Shown in pieces: positions 10,900-24,006 of a stretch of 64,000 nt of DNA. The notes below the pieces were generated by a model. It made no database searches and was not told the DNA's origin. It saw only the letters and a list, made by a program, of their open reading frames with translations. Position 1 is the stretch's first letter. Every line of letters begins with the position of its first letter. The translations under genes were made by a program, and so were the position numbers. Location of the stretch: positions 124,001 to 188,000 of the forward strand of contig JANJGN010000301.1 of the NCBI GenBank assembly GCA_026770705.1. The letters run 5' to 3'. This DNA comes from Isurus oxyrinchus. Its lineage: Eukaryota.

Positions 10900-11844
10900 T
10901 CACAAAGATTAACAGACACAACAATCCCGCCTCCACAGCGAGAGTCACAGCGACCTTCCAAAAAAAATCATAACAAATAACAAAACTCAACATTAAGAGG
11001 TGAAAAACACTTGTCAAATTGTATTAATTAATTTCAAGTCGAAATTGTACGATAACCGACTGTCATAAAGCTATTTGATCACTTTAATTTCCTTTTTGCC
11101 TTTTAATGCATTTTCAGTGCCTGTCTGTAATAGTGAGTTCCCCTTTCCCCAGCTCCCCTGTCAGGTTCCTGGAGCCTTTGGTCGCGGCCTGTTCACAGGA
11201 TTTATTTGAACAGAGTGTGTTGCTGGGCCAGAGACAGTTTGTACACAATGAGCGGAGTTCACCAGATCTTTAACGCAAAACTCAGGTAAAGAGTCCCCAT
11301 CGAGTTTGAGAATGTTTCCTTAATGCTGAGATGTTTTCTGTCACCATTATTAATCCCGAGTTTACTGGTGATAATTAACAGACCAGGGTTTCACTCCCCC
11401 TACTCCCGTCTCTAAAAGTGCAGCCATTCCTCCAACAGGCCATTGACTGTAGTCCAGTTGAATGCCAGAAAGCTCACCACCAACGGATCTCACAAAACCA
11501 GAGAGGGACAAGGATGTCAGGTGGGAACATTCCTAGACATGACAGCAAATGATTGAGCCTGGGGATTAGAACTGATACCTTCAAACCTGACTCTGTGATG
11601 GCCTTTTGGTGGGATCGGATTCTGCAGTTTGTTTTCTTGGCCGCTCCTGGAAACATTTGGTGACAGTTTGATCCAAGGTGAATGGGTTTTCCTCTCGATG
11701 TGTGTTTGAGGGGCTGACAGCGCCTCTGTAGATTGGCGCTGCATCTTCCCGAGATTCGATACAAATTCCATCACACAGGAGCTCCTATCCACAGTCCAAA
11801 GGCCGTTTTTTTTTACTGGGGTCAGACCGCTTCCCAGCATTGTG

Positions 11845-12151
11845 AGTCTGAGAGCACAGTAATACACGTTAGCGTCAGTCAACTGCAGACCCGCGATGGA
11901 TAAACTGGTGAATTTATTCGAGGTCTGGAGCTCGACTGAGAAACGATTTTTAGCAAAACCTCCTTTAACTTCACTACTGCTCCAATGTTTCCATAATATA
12001 AACTCAGGCTGTGTACCTGGGTGTTGCCGGTACCAGTATAAATGACAGCTCCTCCGTGTAGTTTCATGGGTACAGTTTAAAGTCACCACTTCTCCTTCTG
12101 TCTTAACATGTGAGGACAGTGGTTGAGTGCTAGATTCTCCATCAACTGCAT
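11845..12151 (-). CDS. TRAV/DV: Family A (V-delta-like, YYCALR) V exon, open frame, no leader found, weak nonamer
   Basis: DAVDGESSTQP...TLNC...SCHLYWYRQHPGTQPEFILW...YYCALR. RSS CACAATG, 23 nt, AAAAAAAAA (11844-11806). Confidence 0.85.
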
Positions 12152-12201
12152 CTGAAAAACTTGTTCAAACAGAAAAAACATCAGAGCGACGACTGTTCAA
12201 A

Positions 12202-12304
12202 GTTAGAACAAAAACAAAAATACCTGGAAAAACACAGCAGGTTTGACAGCATCTGCGGAAAGGGATACAGTTGATGTTTCGAGTCTGAATAACTCTTCAT
12301 CAGA
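12202..12304 (-). mobile_element. Short Penelope-type element with minimal hammerhead ribozyme, 10-bp TSD
   Basis: TSD actgttcaaa at 12192-12201 and 12305-12314. Contains CTGATGA...GAAAC core. Partial second copy at about 12597-12646. Confidence 0.7.
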
Positions 12305-12864
12305 ACTGTTCAAAATTTACGTTTCTGTTAAATATTCAGGAGATACAGGATGTATACTAGGCCAGCATTTATTGCCCATCCCAGTTGCCCTTGGTGGTGA
12401 TAACTGAGGCTTGCCGGGTCATTGCAGAGGGCATTTTTTGAAAGAGGCAACAACATTGTTGTGGGCCTGGAGTCATGCAGAGAGAAACATCATGAGCTGA
12501 GATTCAGTCAGTGGCTTCATCAGGCGATTGTTTCAGTTTTGCACAAAAGATGGTGGTAATTAAATCCATGTCTGGATATTGAATCTGTCAAACACAGTTA
12601 GAACAAAAACAAAAATACCTGGAAAAACACAGCAGGTTTGACAGCCTTGTTTGACAGGTTTGACAGGATTGTTTCTGGGTATGGTTTGTTCTCCATAATT
12701 ATTTTCGCTTCACTATCAGGACACGAGCAACAATGAGATTTCCCTCGTAAACCACTTAACGAGTAATCTGACTGATTTTATATCTTGTAGGACTGATTTA
12801 TGGACTTAGCATATTAGAGCACCGATATCTGTTGTTACTGCACAAACAAATGAACAGACTTAGG

Positions 12865-13080
12865 CGATGGCAGACTGGTATTGTCAGTGCAGTAGTAACC
12901 CAGAGACCCAGGGAAATGCCCTGGGGACCACGGATTGCTACGGCAGATGGTGGAATTTGAATTAAATAAAAATCTGGAATTAAAAGTCTTACTGTCGATT
13001 GTTGTAAAAATCCATCTGGTTCACTAATGTCCTTTAAGGAAGTAAACCTGCTGTCCTTACCTGATCTGGTCTCTCTGACA
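12865..13080 (+). mobile_element. tRNA-derived SINE
   Basis: Body ctggttcactaatgtcctttaaggaag. Inverted copies at about 44190-44445 and 53630-53800. Confidence 0.6.
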
Positions 13081-13221
13081 TGGCCTATAAGGCCACTTGG
13101 TTGTATCAAAATGCTACAAAATCTCAAAAAGGAACGGGCGGACCATATGGTATCGACCAAGACATCAGAAACGACAATGGCAAACTTAACCCTGTCGGCC
13201 CTGCAAACTCCTCCTTACTCG

Positions 13222-13742
13222 CATAGACTTACAGGCGTTTACAGCACAGAAGGCGGCCACTCGGCCCAGCTTGTCCGCGCCAGTCAACAAAGATCTGACA
13301 ACATTAATCATGTTTTCCAGTGTTGTCCCATAGCCCTGGAGGCTATGCCAATGCACGTGAATATCTGAATACTTCTGAAATGTTACAAGAGTTTCTGACT
13401 CACTACTCATTTAGGCAGCGAGTTTCAGACTCCCACTACCCTCTGACTGAAAGAAAAGCCTCCTCAACACCTCTCTTAGCTTTCTACCCCCTACCTTAAA
13501 TCTATGCCCTCCCCCCACCTCGCGCCACCCCCCCCCCCCCCCCCCCCCCTCGGTTATTGATCCCTCTACTAACGGGAAAAGTGCCTTCCTACCCACTAAA
13601 TCTATGCCTCTCATAACCTTATGCACCTCTACTAGGTCCCCTCTCAACCTTCGCTACTCCAAGGAAAACAATCCCAGCCTATTAAATCCTTCCTCGTAGC
13701 TTAGACCCTCCATCCCAGGCAGCATCCTGGTAAATCTCCTTA
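13222..13742 (-). mobile_element. CR1 LINE 3' fragment
   Basis: RGDLVEVHKVMRGID...LFPLV...GHRFKV plus 3'UTR. Confidence 0.85.
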
Positions 13743-13752
13743 CAACAGTGTA

Positions 13753-14533
13753 GGGAATCATGGCACAGCAACACACTGGCATCGGAGATCAAGGCTTTAC
13801 TAATCATTAACTCGGTGATCTTAGTAGTTTTACCAAACCTAGGTGAAAATCGGGCTGCAAAGTAGAATTTCCAGTTTTCTATCCATCCATGGAGAGGGTG
13901 GACAGCGGAGGATGCCTGGAGTGTTGACTACTCCACAGTACATAGGGCGTAAAATTGCTTGGTTTGAAGGTGAAGTTCAGGGTGATATTTCTTCTCTCAT
14001 CTGTTGTCATTTCAGCAGCCGACTATTCTACTGTGTGTTGATGGCTCAATTCTGATATAAATGCTGGGAATAGTCACCATCTCATCATCAGCAACATCAT
14101 TACCGGTGCAACATTTTACTCATTTACATGATGTGGGCTTTGCTGGCCGGGCCAGCATTTATTGCCCATCGTTAATTGCCATTGAGAAGGTGGTGGCGAG
14201 TTGCCTTCTTGAACCGCTTCAGTGCATGTCGTGCATGTAAATAAACACAGGGAATCGCCGGATTTAAAATGAAGTTGGAATTAGCTCCCATGTATCTACT
14301 CGTCTGCATTACAATATATTACATAGTAATAATATGAACAGGAATAATACAACACAATCATGCAACAACATCCTTCAATAATTTGAGAATCCGATGATTT
14401 TTCCAGGTAGTGCCCATTTACCCCAGGTCGCCACCAGATGGAGCTCCTACGATGTGTTTGTTTGTTTACTGCCGCAGGTAGGGGCACAATAACATGACGG
14501 TTATGATCTTGATTTAGTAATCAAGGAGGCCAT
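13753..14533 (-). pseudogene. Family C V pseudogene (exon about 14051-13753, leader relic about 14533-14470), RSS truncated by LINE
   Basis: Colinear with 1632-1935 (KITELMIS..., CAM). Heptamer TACACTG is followed directly by CR1. Confidence 0.7.
14428..14446 (+). promoter_or_regulatory. CTCF motif
   Basis: TCGCCACCAGATGGAGCTC. Confidence 0.65.
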
Positions 14534-14639
14534 GTAGTTCTCGGAAGTCAGCCTTTCCATATCATATGCTGCATAATGTTATTTTCCCTTCCCTCCTGGA
14601 ATTCCTGCTTCTAATTAGGGCACGTCTTTTCTCACAATA

Positions 14640-15330
14640 ACACAGTTTCTCTCACTATGTATACCTCTGTTTACCTTGCTGTCTGCTCATTTGTCTCTCT
14701 TCGTCTATAATGCCTTCTTATTTCTACATCTTTTACCCTTCCCCGTATCTTCATCCATTTCCCATCTTATCTCCGTCTCTCTATCATTCTCTCACTCTCT
14801 CCTACTGTTTATCTCCCAGTGTCTCCTTCATTTCTATCATTCCCGTCCCTTCTAGTTATCTCCCTGTATCACCATCTGTTTCTCTCCCTCTCTCTCTGCC
14901 TCTATATTTATCACAGTCTCTCCCTCTGATTCACTCACTGTCATTTGTTTCTTTCCGTTTCGTGGTTTAATGTGCCCGTACTGCAACATCTGTTTCTCCT
15001 TCTGTATTTGCATCTAAATCCTACCCTCTCTCTCTATCTCTCTCTGTGTCTCTCTCCCTCTCTCTCTCCCTCTCTTTCTTTCTCATTTCTACCCTTTACC
15101 CCTCTCTCATTTCTCTCATTGCTTCTCTCTCTGTTTATCTCCATGTCTCTCCTTCATTTTCCAGCATTGCCTTCCCTCCTGCTTATCGCCCTGTATCTCC
15201 ATCTGTGTTTTGCTCACTGCCTGTCACTCAGACTTTCTCTCAATTTCTCAATCCGTGTTTCTACCTTTGTCACTCCCTGATTATTTTCTGTCTGCCAGTC
15301 GATATTATTCTCCCCCCAGACTCTCCCTCA
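14640..15330. repeat. CT-rich low-complexity tract
   Basis: Degenerate (CT)n. Confidence 0.85.
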
Positions 15331-15711
15331 TAATCAGGTTTTAAAAAATCCAAGTATTTAGATGAATGGTGGTGTGCTAGTCCACCTTAAGTTCTCATTG
15401 CATTGAAAATATCCAAGTGTTCCTTGTACATTCCTTTCCCTGGAGATTCATCAGCGTTAGATGCCACTTCCTGTTGTAGAAGGCGAGGTTAGTCAATAAT
15501 GTGCAGCCACGGGAGATAATACAATTCATGTGTATCCGGGCCTGGGCACAACAACAGGCCTCAAATGTTCGTTCATTAAAGGCATTCGTTTCCAAAACCA
15601 ACTGCAGTCATCCATCATTTTTGAGCTCTAATTAAATGCAGGAGAAATTGCAGCATTAAAACAACTGACGCGTTCAGTCTGCATCAGACACAATAGATGT
15701 GTACCCCTAGA

Positions 15712-15852
15712 TGAAAGCAAAATAATACGGGTGCTGGAGATTTGAAATGAAAGCAGAAAATGCTGGAAAGGTACAGCAGGCCTGGCAACACCTGTGAAGA
15801 GAGAAGCAGATTGAACGTTTTGGATCCAATATTACTCTCCTTCCGAATTCTG
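15712..15852 (-). mobile_element. Decayed Penelope-type/hammerhead repeat
   Basis: Similar to 12202-12304; core decayed (cggaagga...caaaacgttc). Confidence 0.55.
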
Positions 15853-15944
15853 GGCTGGCCCAACAGTACTTCCTGAGCCAAAGGAGATAGTTGTGGCTTT
15901 TATTGAAAAGGATAAATGAGAAATCTGGCTTCAGAGGGAATATC

Positions 15945-16935
15945 AGCAAAAGCAGCACATCAGTGAGAGCATTGCATTAGCGAAAACAGCGCATCATCTA
16001 GAGCATCACATTGGCGAGAGCAGCGCTTCAGCGGGTGCATCACATCAGTGAGAGCAGTGCTTCAGTGACAGCAATGCATCAGCAACAGCAGTGCATCAGC
16101 GAGAACAGCACATCAGTGAGAGCAGCACTTCAGCGACAGCAGCGCATCAGCGAGAACAGTGCTTCAGCGACAGCAGCACATCAGCGAGAACAGCGCTTCA
16201 GCGACAACAGTGCATCAGCGAGAACGGTGCTTCAGTGAGAGCAGCGCTTCAGCGACAGCAATGCATCAGCGAGAGCAGTGCTTCAGTGAGAGCAGCGCAT
16301 CAGCGACAGCTGCGCAGCACCGAGAACAGCGCTTCAGCGACAGCAATGCATCAGCGAGAGCAGCGCTTCAGCGAGAGCAGCACATCAGCGAGAACTGCGC
16401 TTCAGCAAGAGCATCGCATCAGCGAGAGCAGCGCATCAGTGACAGCAGCACATCAGGAAGAGCAGCGCATCAGCGAGAGCAGCGCATCAGCGACAGCAGC
16501 ACATCAGCAAGAGCAGCGCATCAGCGAGAGCAGCGCATCAGTGACAGCAGCACATCAGCGACAGCAGCGCATCAGCAAGAGCAGCGCATCAGCGACAGCA
16601 GCGCATCAGCGAGAACAGTGCTTCAGCAAGAGCATTGCATCAGCGAAAGCAGCGCATCAGCGAAAGCAGCGTATCAGCAAGAGCAGTGCATCAGCGACAG
16701 CAGCGCATCAGCGACAGCAGCGCATCAGCAAGTGCAGCGCATCAGCGACAGCAGCGCATCAGCAAGAGCAGCGCATCAGCGAGAACAGCGCTTCAGCAAG
16801 AGCAGCGCATCAGCGAGAGCAGCGCATCAGCAAAAGCAGCGCTTCAGCAAGAGCAGTGCATCTGTGACAGCAGCGCATCAGCGAAAGCAGCGCATCAGCG
16901 AGAGCAGCGCATCAGCGTCAGCAGCGCATCAGCGT
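15945..16935. repeat. 17-bp minisatellite, about 58 copies
   Basis: Consensus AGCAGCGCATCAGCGA(G/C). Confidence 0.95.
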
Positions 16936-18119
16936 TGGATTGAACACTTGCCCTCCATGATGATATGAAAGATATTTACCGCAAAGGTAATATTCTTGAT
17001 TGTAAATCCCAATAATTCCCAATTAAATCAAAACTCCAGTAATATTCCTGATCCACCGAGTGCGGAAACCAGGAAACACAATGAATGGAAATGCAGCTTC
17101 ATCCTTTTGATCTTTAGCGAGGACTGATAACCTCCACACCCAACGCTGTTCTCCTCAATACGGTTGACTCATTTGTGAACTACAGGTCCACAGACACCCT
17201 CCATTCAGCAGGGAAAGGTTTAACAGGGTCGGCTGAAGCCTGTTACCGTTTTGCTGCTATCATTTTCTCATATTGCTAACCTTCAGCTCTTGACTGTTGG
17301 GCAGGTCTGTGGCGGAAACAGTGTTTAGTTCAGTCAGGCGCAGATCAATACACCATACAGCAGAGGAGGAGTCCATTCGGCCCATTGTGCTCGTGCCAGC
17401 TCTTCGCATGACCAATACAATTAATCCCACATCTCCACTCTTTCCCCAAACCCAAGACAATTCTTCAATAACATGTTTGTAACATTATTCAATAAATTCA
17501 TTTTAAAAAAGAAGTAACGAAAAATATTTGGGAATAGAGATTATCATTTCAAATGAAAAGTCTGTTTCATTTTAAAACTTATGATGAACGTTTAAGATAT
17601 TAAGAATGTAAAGATGTTGTAAATATAGTTCACCGAGTAGATTTTATCTGATCTCACCTGCTGCTTACCTCTCCCATTCTGTTCAACCCTGTCAGTCAAT
17701 CCACATTTCATTCATGTAATAGGTGGAATCGGTCCATTTGACCGTGTCGCTTTATTCAAAGCTTTCAGAGCACCCTGGTCCTCTATAACCGCTTTTCTAT
17801 TAGCTGTGGATTGCCCTAATCATCAGACAGCAGTTCTTTTAACGTGAGCTTCCGACACTAATAACAGCAAAATATGATCCCTTTCCATTCATTCCACACA
17901 CCTCGCAGCCTCAAACAGTTTAAGGGATAACATTGTGTTTAATTCCTGTCCTACTCTCTGTTCCATTCACTATTGCCCGATCTGATGTCACGAATTGGAG
18001 AGTAAAGGAACTCTCAGCTGATTGGATGAAAAACAGAATAAAGAAACTGATTGGATGCCACGTGCTGATTCTGTGAGGAATGAATCAATAGGCAGAGACG
18101 CTGGATGTTGCGCAATATT

Positions 18120-18573
18120 AACCGGACTCTTCACGAAAACCATTTCAGGTACACGCCCTCTGCCCTGAAAACATCCCCAGCAGAAGGGGTGGAGATAATG
18201 AGTGTGGGAGCCTGGTCCCGGTGCTGACGGTGCAGTCGTATGAAATAGAAACCAGCAGTGGTCGCATAACTGAAATTAATGTTCATCGAGTCTCGTTCAA
18301 ACTGTTGCACTCTCTCCGGCTCCTGTGAGACAATGTATGCAGCATGGACACCTGCATAAATTTAGAAATACAGAACTTAAACTTTTTATGAGACTTTTAT
18401 TTTAACCAATTGTTACCGAGTTAAAGGAATATATGCAAACACAGATAAAAGGCAGTTAAAGGGAAGATTACTATCTCAGTGTTACCATCAAGATGAAAAT
18501 TGCGTAACTTGTTAATCTTACCTGTTAAGAGAGCTGCAGATGCGCGGAGTGATTAAAAAGTAACACCCAGCAT
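18120..18573 (-). pseudogene. Decayed V (leader 18573-18522, 5' part of exon from 18322)
   Basis: ATG...acag|gtaag donor, ctcacag| acceptor, SMNINFSY...LHRQHRDQAPTLII. Confidence 0.6.
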
Positions 18574-20059
18574 GTTCGCGGAGCTGATGGTAGATTTGAA
18601 CACAATGAGTTTCACCAGAATTTTTTTAGTTGTTGAGTATCAGCCGGACCTCGCAGCCGATTGGTTCATCCCTGAAAGAGTTAACAGGTGAAAGTGTACA
18701 GAATGTGTCAAAATCTGAGAGTAAATATAACCCATGAAACAAACACTGAGGATTTTAGCTCAAACTCTCCGTGCAGTACGACCATTATTATTACTAAAGC
18801 ACACAAGGAACACGTGGTTCCTGATTCGATAGTAAACAGCACACTGTTTAAGATATGTTGACGCTTAGAGTCTTATGCCAAAGGCAGTTTTGTCATCAGG
18901 GAACTTCTAAACCCTACGATTGGCTGGTCTATCAGATATGAAGTCAGCTCTGCACCAATCACTGTTGGTTCAGGGTAATGTACAGCTGACACTGACCAAA
19001 CACATTCCACCCCGGCTGTGTCTGCCTGTCTTTCTCGCTCCCTTGCTCTGTCTCACATAATCAATTATTCTGTCTCTTCCTCGCTTTAACTAGCTTTCTT
19101 TATAATTCAATGTCTCTATCTTTAGATAGATAGATCTTTCTCTCTCATTAGTTTAAGTCTCTGTTTATATCACACAGTTTCCTAAATCAGTTAAAGCTGC
19201 AATGGCCCCTGTATCTGTTATTATAACACTAGTCCCTGCCTCTGTTATTACTGCACTAGCCCATTTCTCCACTTATATTATACTACACCCAGTCTCAGTT
19301 ATTACTGTATTGGTCTATGACCCTGTGAAATGGACAGATAATATTATAAGTAAAGATGTTGTGCTCGTAATTTGCCTGTGGCTGTGGCCTAAAACGGGGC
19401 GATACTGAAGTGGCCGTCCGTTCTGCGCAGCGCCTGATATTCAGTTTCAGTGCATCAATGGAATTACATTTCAGATACCGCCTGTTCTGTGTTTGTATAA
19501 AAGCAACTCATTTTTCATGCTTCCACTGTCATTCCACAGGGATATAATATTTCTCTTCACCAGAATGTTTCAGCGTTTTATTTTCTCTTCTTCAAACTGT
19601 AACTGCTGATCTTGTAATACCGAAAAGTTTTATTGATATCATTTTCTGTTATGCATTCTTGTTTAGCAATTCGTGTCATAATGGCCATTCCGTTGCTGAG
19701 GCGGTCATGTCTGTCAGAAAAATCGTTCAATCTCCCTCTTCTTTCTGTCTGAGAAAGCGGATAATTCACTGAGCCGCTCTGTTCTCTCTATCTCTCTCTT
19801 TCCTTCTCTCTCTCTCAATGCTCTCTTCCTCTTCCCATTTCTCTATCTCTGAGACATTTCCCTTTTTATTTTAAATCTCTTATTTAAATCTCCTTAGGGA
19901 AACTATTTTTTTAACAATTATACTTCATTTCTCTCAATGATAGCCTTCAGCCCATCCCGCCTTCTCTGAATGTGTTAAAACACAAACAGTTCATGTATTT
20001 TAATTGTAGATTGTTTAATACTGTAATAATTTGTTGATAACCATTCTATTGTGTGCTCT

Positions 20060-23000
20060 AGCTCTTGAACTTTCCCAGCAGGTACGAGGTAATTGCTCCC
20101 TATGTGGATGAGAAACAGGTTTGTAGGGAGGATGAGCCAGCTGACCACGGCACCGTGGCACAGGAGTCAATTCAAGAGGGGGGAGCAAAAAGACAAGTGG
20201 TATTTGTAAGGGATTCTATCATTAGGGGAATTGATACCATCCTTTGTAAGCAGGATCGAGAATCCTGCATGGTATGTTCCAGCCAGGGTGAGGGACATCT
20301 CTGACCAGCTTGAAAGGATATTGCAGAGTAAGGGGGAGGATCCATTTGTTGTGGTCCACGTCGGGACAAATAACATAGGTAAGAGTAGGAAAGAGGACCT
20401 GTTTGGGGATTATCAGGAACTAGGAACAAAATTAAAGAACAGGTCCACAACAGTTATGATCTCCGGATAACTACACCAGCCACGTGCAAATTGGCATAGG
20501 GACGCGAGAATAAGGGAAGTAAACACGTGGCTAAGGGAGTGGTGTGGGAAAGAGGGGTTCTATTTCGTGGGGCACTGGCATCAATATTGGAACAGGAGGG
20601 ATCTGTACCGTTGGGAAGGTTTCCAGCTGAACCGATCTGGGACCAATGTTCAAGCGAAAAGGGTAAATTGGGTTGTCAACAGGACTTTAAACTAGAAAGT
20701 CGAGGGGAAGGGAAGAGTAAAACTCCAAGAAGTATGACTAATGGGAAACAAAGCAGCAGGTTAGCGTGTCGGGGGTGGATTCAACTTCATGGAAAATTAT
20801 GAAAAAACTGAAAAGAAAGGAGAGCCCAGGAGAGGCCATTAAATTCTGCACACCACAAAATAGGACAGAATATTTGGAAAGGGCTAGGAATCTAACTTCA
20901 AGCACATCAGATAAAGGGGCGACAATGAAAAAGGGGACGGGAAATACAGGACTGAAGGTGTTGTATCTGTATGCACGCAGATACGAAATGAGGTAAATGA
21001 GCTTGTGGCACAAATGGAAATTGGCAGGTATGATGTGGTGGGCATCACGGAGACTTGGCTGCAAGGGAATCAGGACTGGGAGATAAATATCCAAGGATAT
21101 ACATCCTATCGAAAAGATAGGTAGGTTAGCAGAGGTGGTGGGGTTGCTTTGTTAGTAAGAAATGAATTTAAATCGATAGTAAGAAACAACGTAGGGTCAG
21201 ATGATGCAGAATATGTGTGGGTAGAATTGAGGAATTGCAATGGTAAAAAAGAAACATAATGGGAGTTATGTACAGGCCTCCGAACAGTAGTCAGAATGTG
21301 GAGCACAAGATACACCAGGAGATAGAAAAGGCATGTAAGAAAGGCAAGGTTACAGTGCCCATGGGGTATTTCAATATCCAGGTAGACTGGGAAAATCAGG
21401 TTGGTAGTGGATACCAAGAAAAGGAACTTGTGGACTGTCTACGAGATGGCTGTTTTGAGCAGTTTGTGGTGGAGGCCACTAGGGAACAGGCAATTCTACA
21501 TTTAGTGATGTGTAATGAGGCAGATTTGATAAGGGAGCTTAAGGTGAAGGAACCCTTAGGAGGAAGTGACCATAATATGATAGAATTTACCCTGCAATTT
21601 GAGAGGAAAAAGCTGGAATCAGATGTAACAGTATTACAGTTGAGTAAAGGCAACTACAGCGGCATGAGGGAGGAGCTGGCCAGAATTGACCAGGAAAGAC
21701 AGTGGAACAGCAATGGCAGGAGATTATGTGAGTAATTTTGGAGACACAGCAAAAATTCATCCCTAGGAAGAAGAAGTATGCCAAAGGGAGGACGAGGCAA
21801 CCATGGCTGAAAAGGGAAGTCAGAGACAGCATAGAAGCTAAAGAGAAAGGACACAACACAGCGAAGTGCACTGGGAAGCCAGGGGATTGGAAGCCTACAA
21901 AGACCAACAGACAGCTAAAAATGACATAAGGAGGGAGAAGAATAAATATGAGGGTAAACTAGCCAGTAATATAAAATAAGATTGCAAGAGGATTTCTTTT
22001 AGATTTATGAAAGGTAAGAGAGAGGCAAAAGTGGAGATTGGGCCACTGGAAAACGACGTTGGAGAAGTAGTAGTGGGGAACAATGAAATAGCGGAGGAAC
22101 TGAATAGATACTTTGCATCATTCTTCACGGTGTAACATTCCCAAAGTTCAAGAGAGTCGGGAGGGGGGCAGAGTTGAGTATGGTGGCCATTACTAAGGAG
22201 AAGGTGCCAGGAAAGCTGAAAAGTCTGAATGTGGATAAATCAACTCCACCAGATGGATTACGCCCCAAAGTTCTGATGGAGATAGCTGAAGAGATAGTGG
22301 AAGCGTTAGTGCTGATCTTTCAGGAATCACTCGACTCAGGGAGGGTCCCAAGGACTGCAAAATTACTAATGTAACCCCCCTGTTTAAGAAGGGAGTAAGG
22401 CAAAAAAGGGGAAATTACAGGCCGATTAGCCTGACCTCGGTCGTTGATAAGATTTTAGAGTCCATTATTAAGGATGAGATTTCAGAATACTTGGCAGTGC
22501 ATGGTAAAATAGGGCAAAGTCAGCATGGTTTCATCAAAGGGAAGTCATGCCAGACAAATCTGTTAGAAATCTTTGAGGAGGTAACAAGTAGGTTAGACAA
22601 AGGAGAGCCAGTGGATGTTATCTACTTGGACTTCCAGAAGGCCTTTCACAAGGTGCCGCACAGGAGGCTGCTCAGTAACATAAGAGCCCATGGTGTTCGA
22701 GGCAAGGTAATAGCATGGATAGAACATTGACTGTCTGGCAGGAGACAGAGAGTGGTGATAAGGGGGTCCTTCTCAGGATGTCGGCCGGTGACTAGTGGAG
22801 TTCAGCAGAGGTCAGTGTTGGGACCTCTTTTTACTTTATACATTCATGATCTAGATGCAGAAACTGAGGGCATTCTGGCTAAGTTTGTAGATGACACAAA
22901 GCTAGTTGGAGGGACAGTTAGCATTGAGGAGGCGGGGAGGCTGCAGAAGGGTTTGGACAGGTTAACAGAATGGGCAAAGAAGTGGCAGATGGAATACAAC

Positions 23001-23801
23001 GTGAGAAAGTGTGGTGTCATGAACTTTGGTAGGAAGAATAGAGGCTTGGACAATTTTCTAACTGGGGAGAGAATTCAGAAATCTGGAGTGCAAATGGACT
23101 TGGGAGTCCTAGTTCAAGATGCTCTTAAAGTCAACTTGCAGGTTAAGTCGGTAGTTAGGAAGGCAAATCAATATTGGCATTTATTTCGAGAGGGCTAAAA
23201 TATTAAAGCAGTGATGTGCTGCTGAGGCTTTATAAGGCTTTGGTCAGACCACATTTAGCAATTTTGGTCCTCATATCTCATGAAGGATGTGCTGGCCCTG
23301 GAGAGGGTGCAGAGGAGGTTCACGAGAATGATCCCAGGAATAAAAACATATGAAGAACGTTTGAGGACTCTGGGTCTATACTCAATGGAGTTTAGAAGGA
23401 TGAGGGGGGATCTGACTGAAACTTACAGAATACTGAAATGCCTGGATAGAGTGGACGTCGGGAAGATATTTCCATTAGTAGGAGAGACTAGGACCCGAGG
23501 GCACAGCCTCAGAGTAAAGGGGTGACCTTTTAGAACAGAGATGAGGAGAAACTTCTTTAGCCAGAGAGTGGTGAATCTATGGAATTCATTGCCACAGTAG
23601 GCTGTGGAGGTCAGGTCATTGAGTGTATTTAAGACCGAGATAGATAGGTTCTTGATTGGTAAGGGGATCAAAGGTTACAGGGAGAAGGCGGGCGAATGGG
23701 GTTGAGAAACTTATCAGTCACGATTGGATGGCGGGGCAGACTCTATGGACCGAATGGTCTCATGTCTGCTCCTTTGTCTTGCGATCATACGGTCTTATGG
23801 T
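20060..23801 (+). mobile_element. Near full-length degenerate CR1 LINE (ORF1 SGNH esterase; ORF2 endonuclease + RT)
   Basis: DSIIRG, VHVGTNN, GVMYRPPN, GSDHNMI, YLDFQKAF, KFVDDTK; ggtcttat tail; many stops and frameshifts. Confidence 0.95.
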
Positions 23802-23987
23802 ATTGCCGCAAGTAAAGAAACGAAATGTAGCTCTTGCGGAGGTGTACTTAGGGAAAGCAGATTCCATCCAAAATGCCAAGAGAAAACATAGAAAGAAGAA
23901 AAAACTGTTGTAGGAAAATTGTTAAATGCAATCTTGAATGCGGAAGGCTAACAAGTGCTGGAAAGCTGCACCTTATAGTTCCAGTCA

Positions 23988-24006
23988 CCGCCACCAGAGG
24001 GCAGTG
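23988..24006 (+). promoter_or_regulatory. CTCF motif
   Basis: CCGCCACCAGAGGGCAGTG with upstream tagttcc module. Confidence 0.75.

Noticed and set aside
14710-15333. Hydrophobic S/L/P-rich ORFs
   Set aside because: Translation of CT-rich low-complexity DNA
16011-16968. Long ORFs (258 and 269 aa)
   Set aside because: By-product of a stop-free 17-bp tandem repeat. Not CRISPR either, since there are no unique spacers.
18152-18168. CTCF-like CAGGGCAGAGGGCGTG
   Set aside because: Weak 5' half and lies within relic V coding sequence
20060-23801. Active LINE or host gene
   Set aside because: Numerous stops and frameshifts; an ordinary dead CR1 copy
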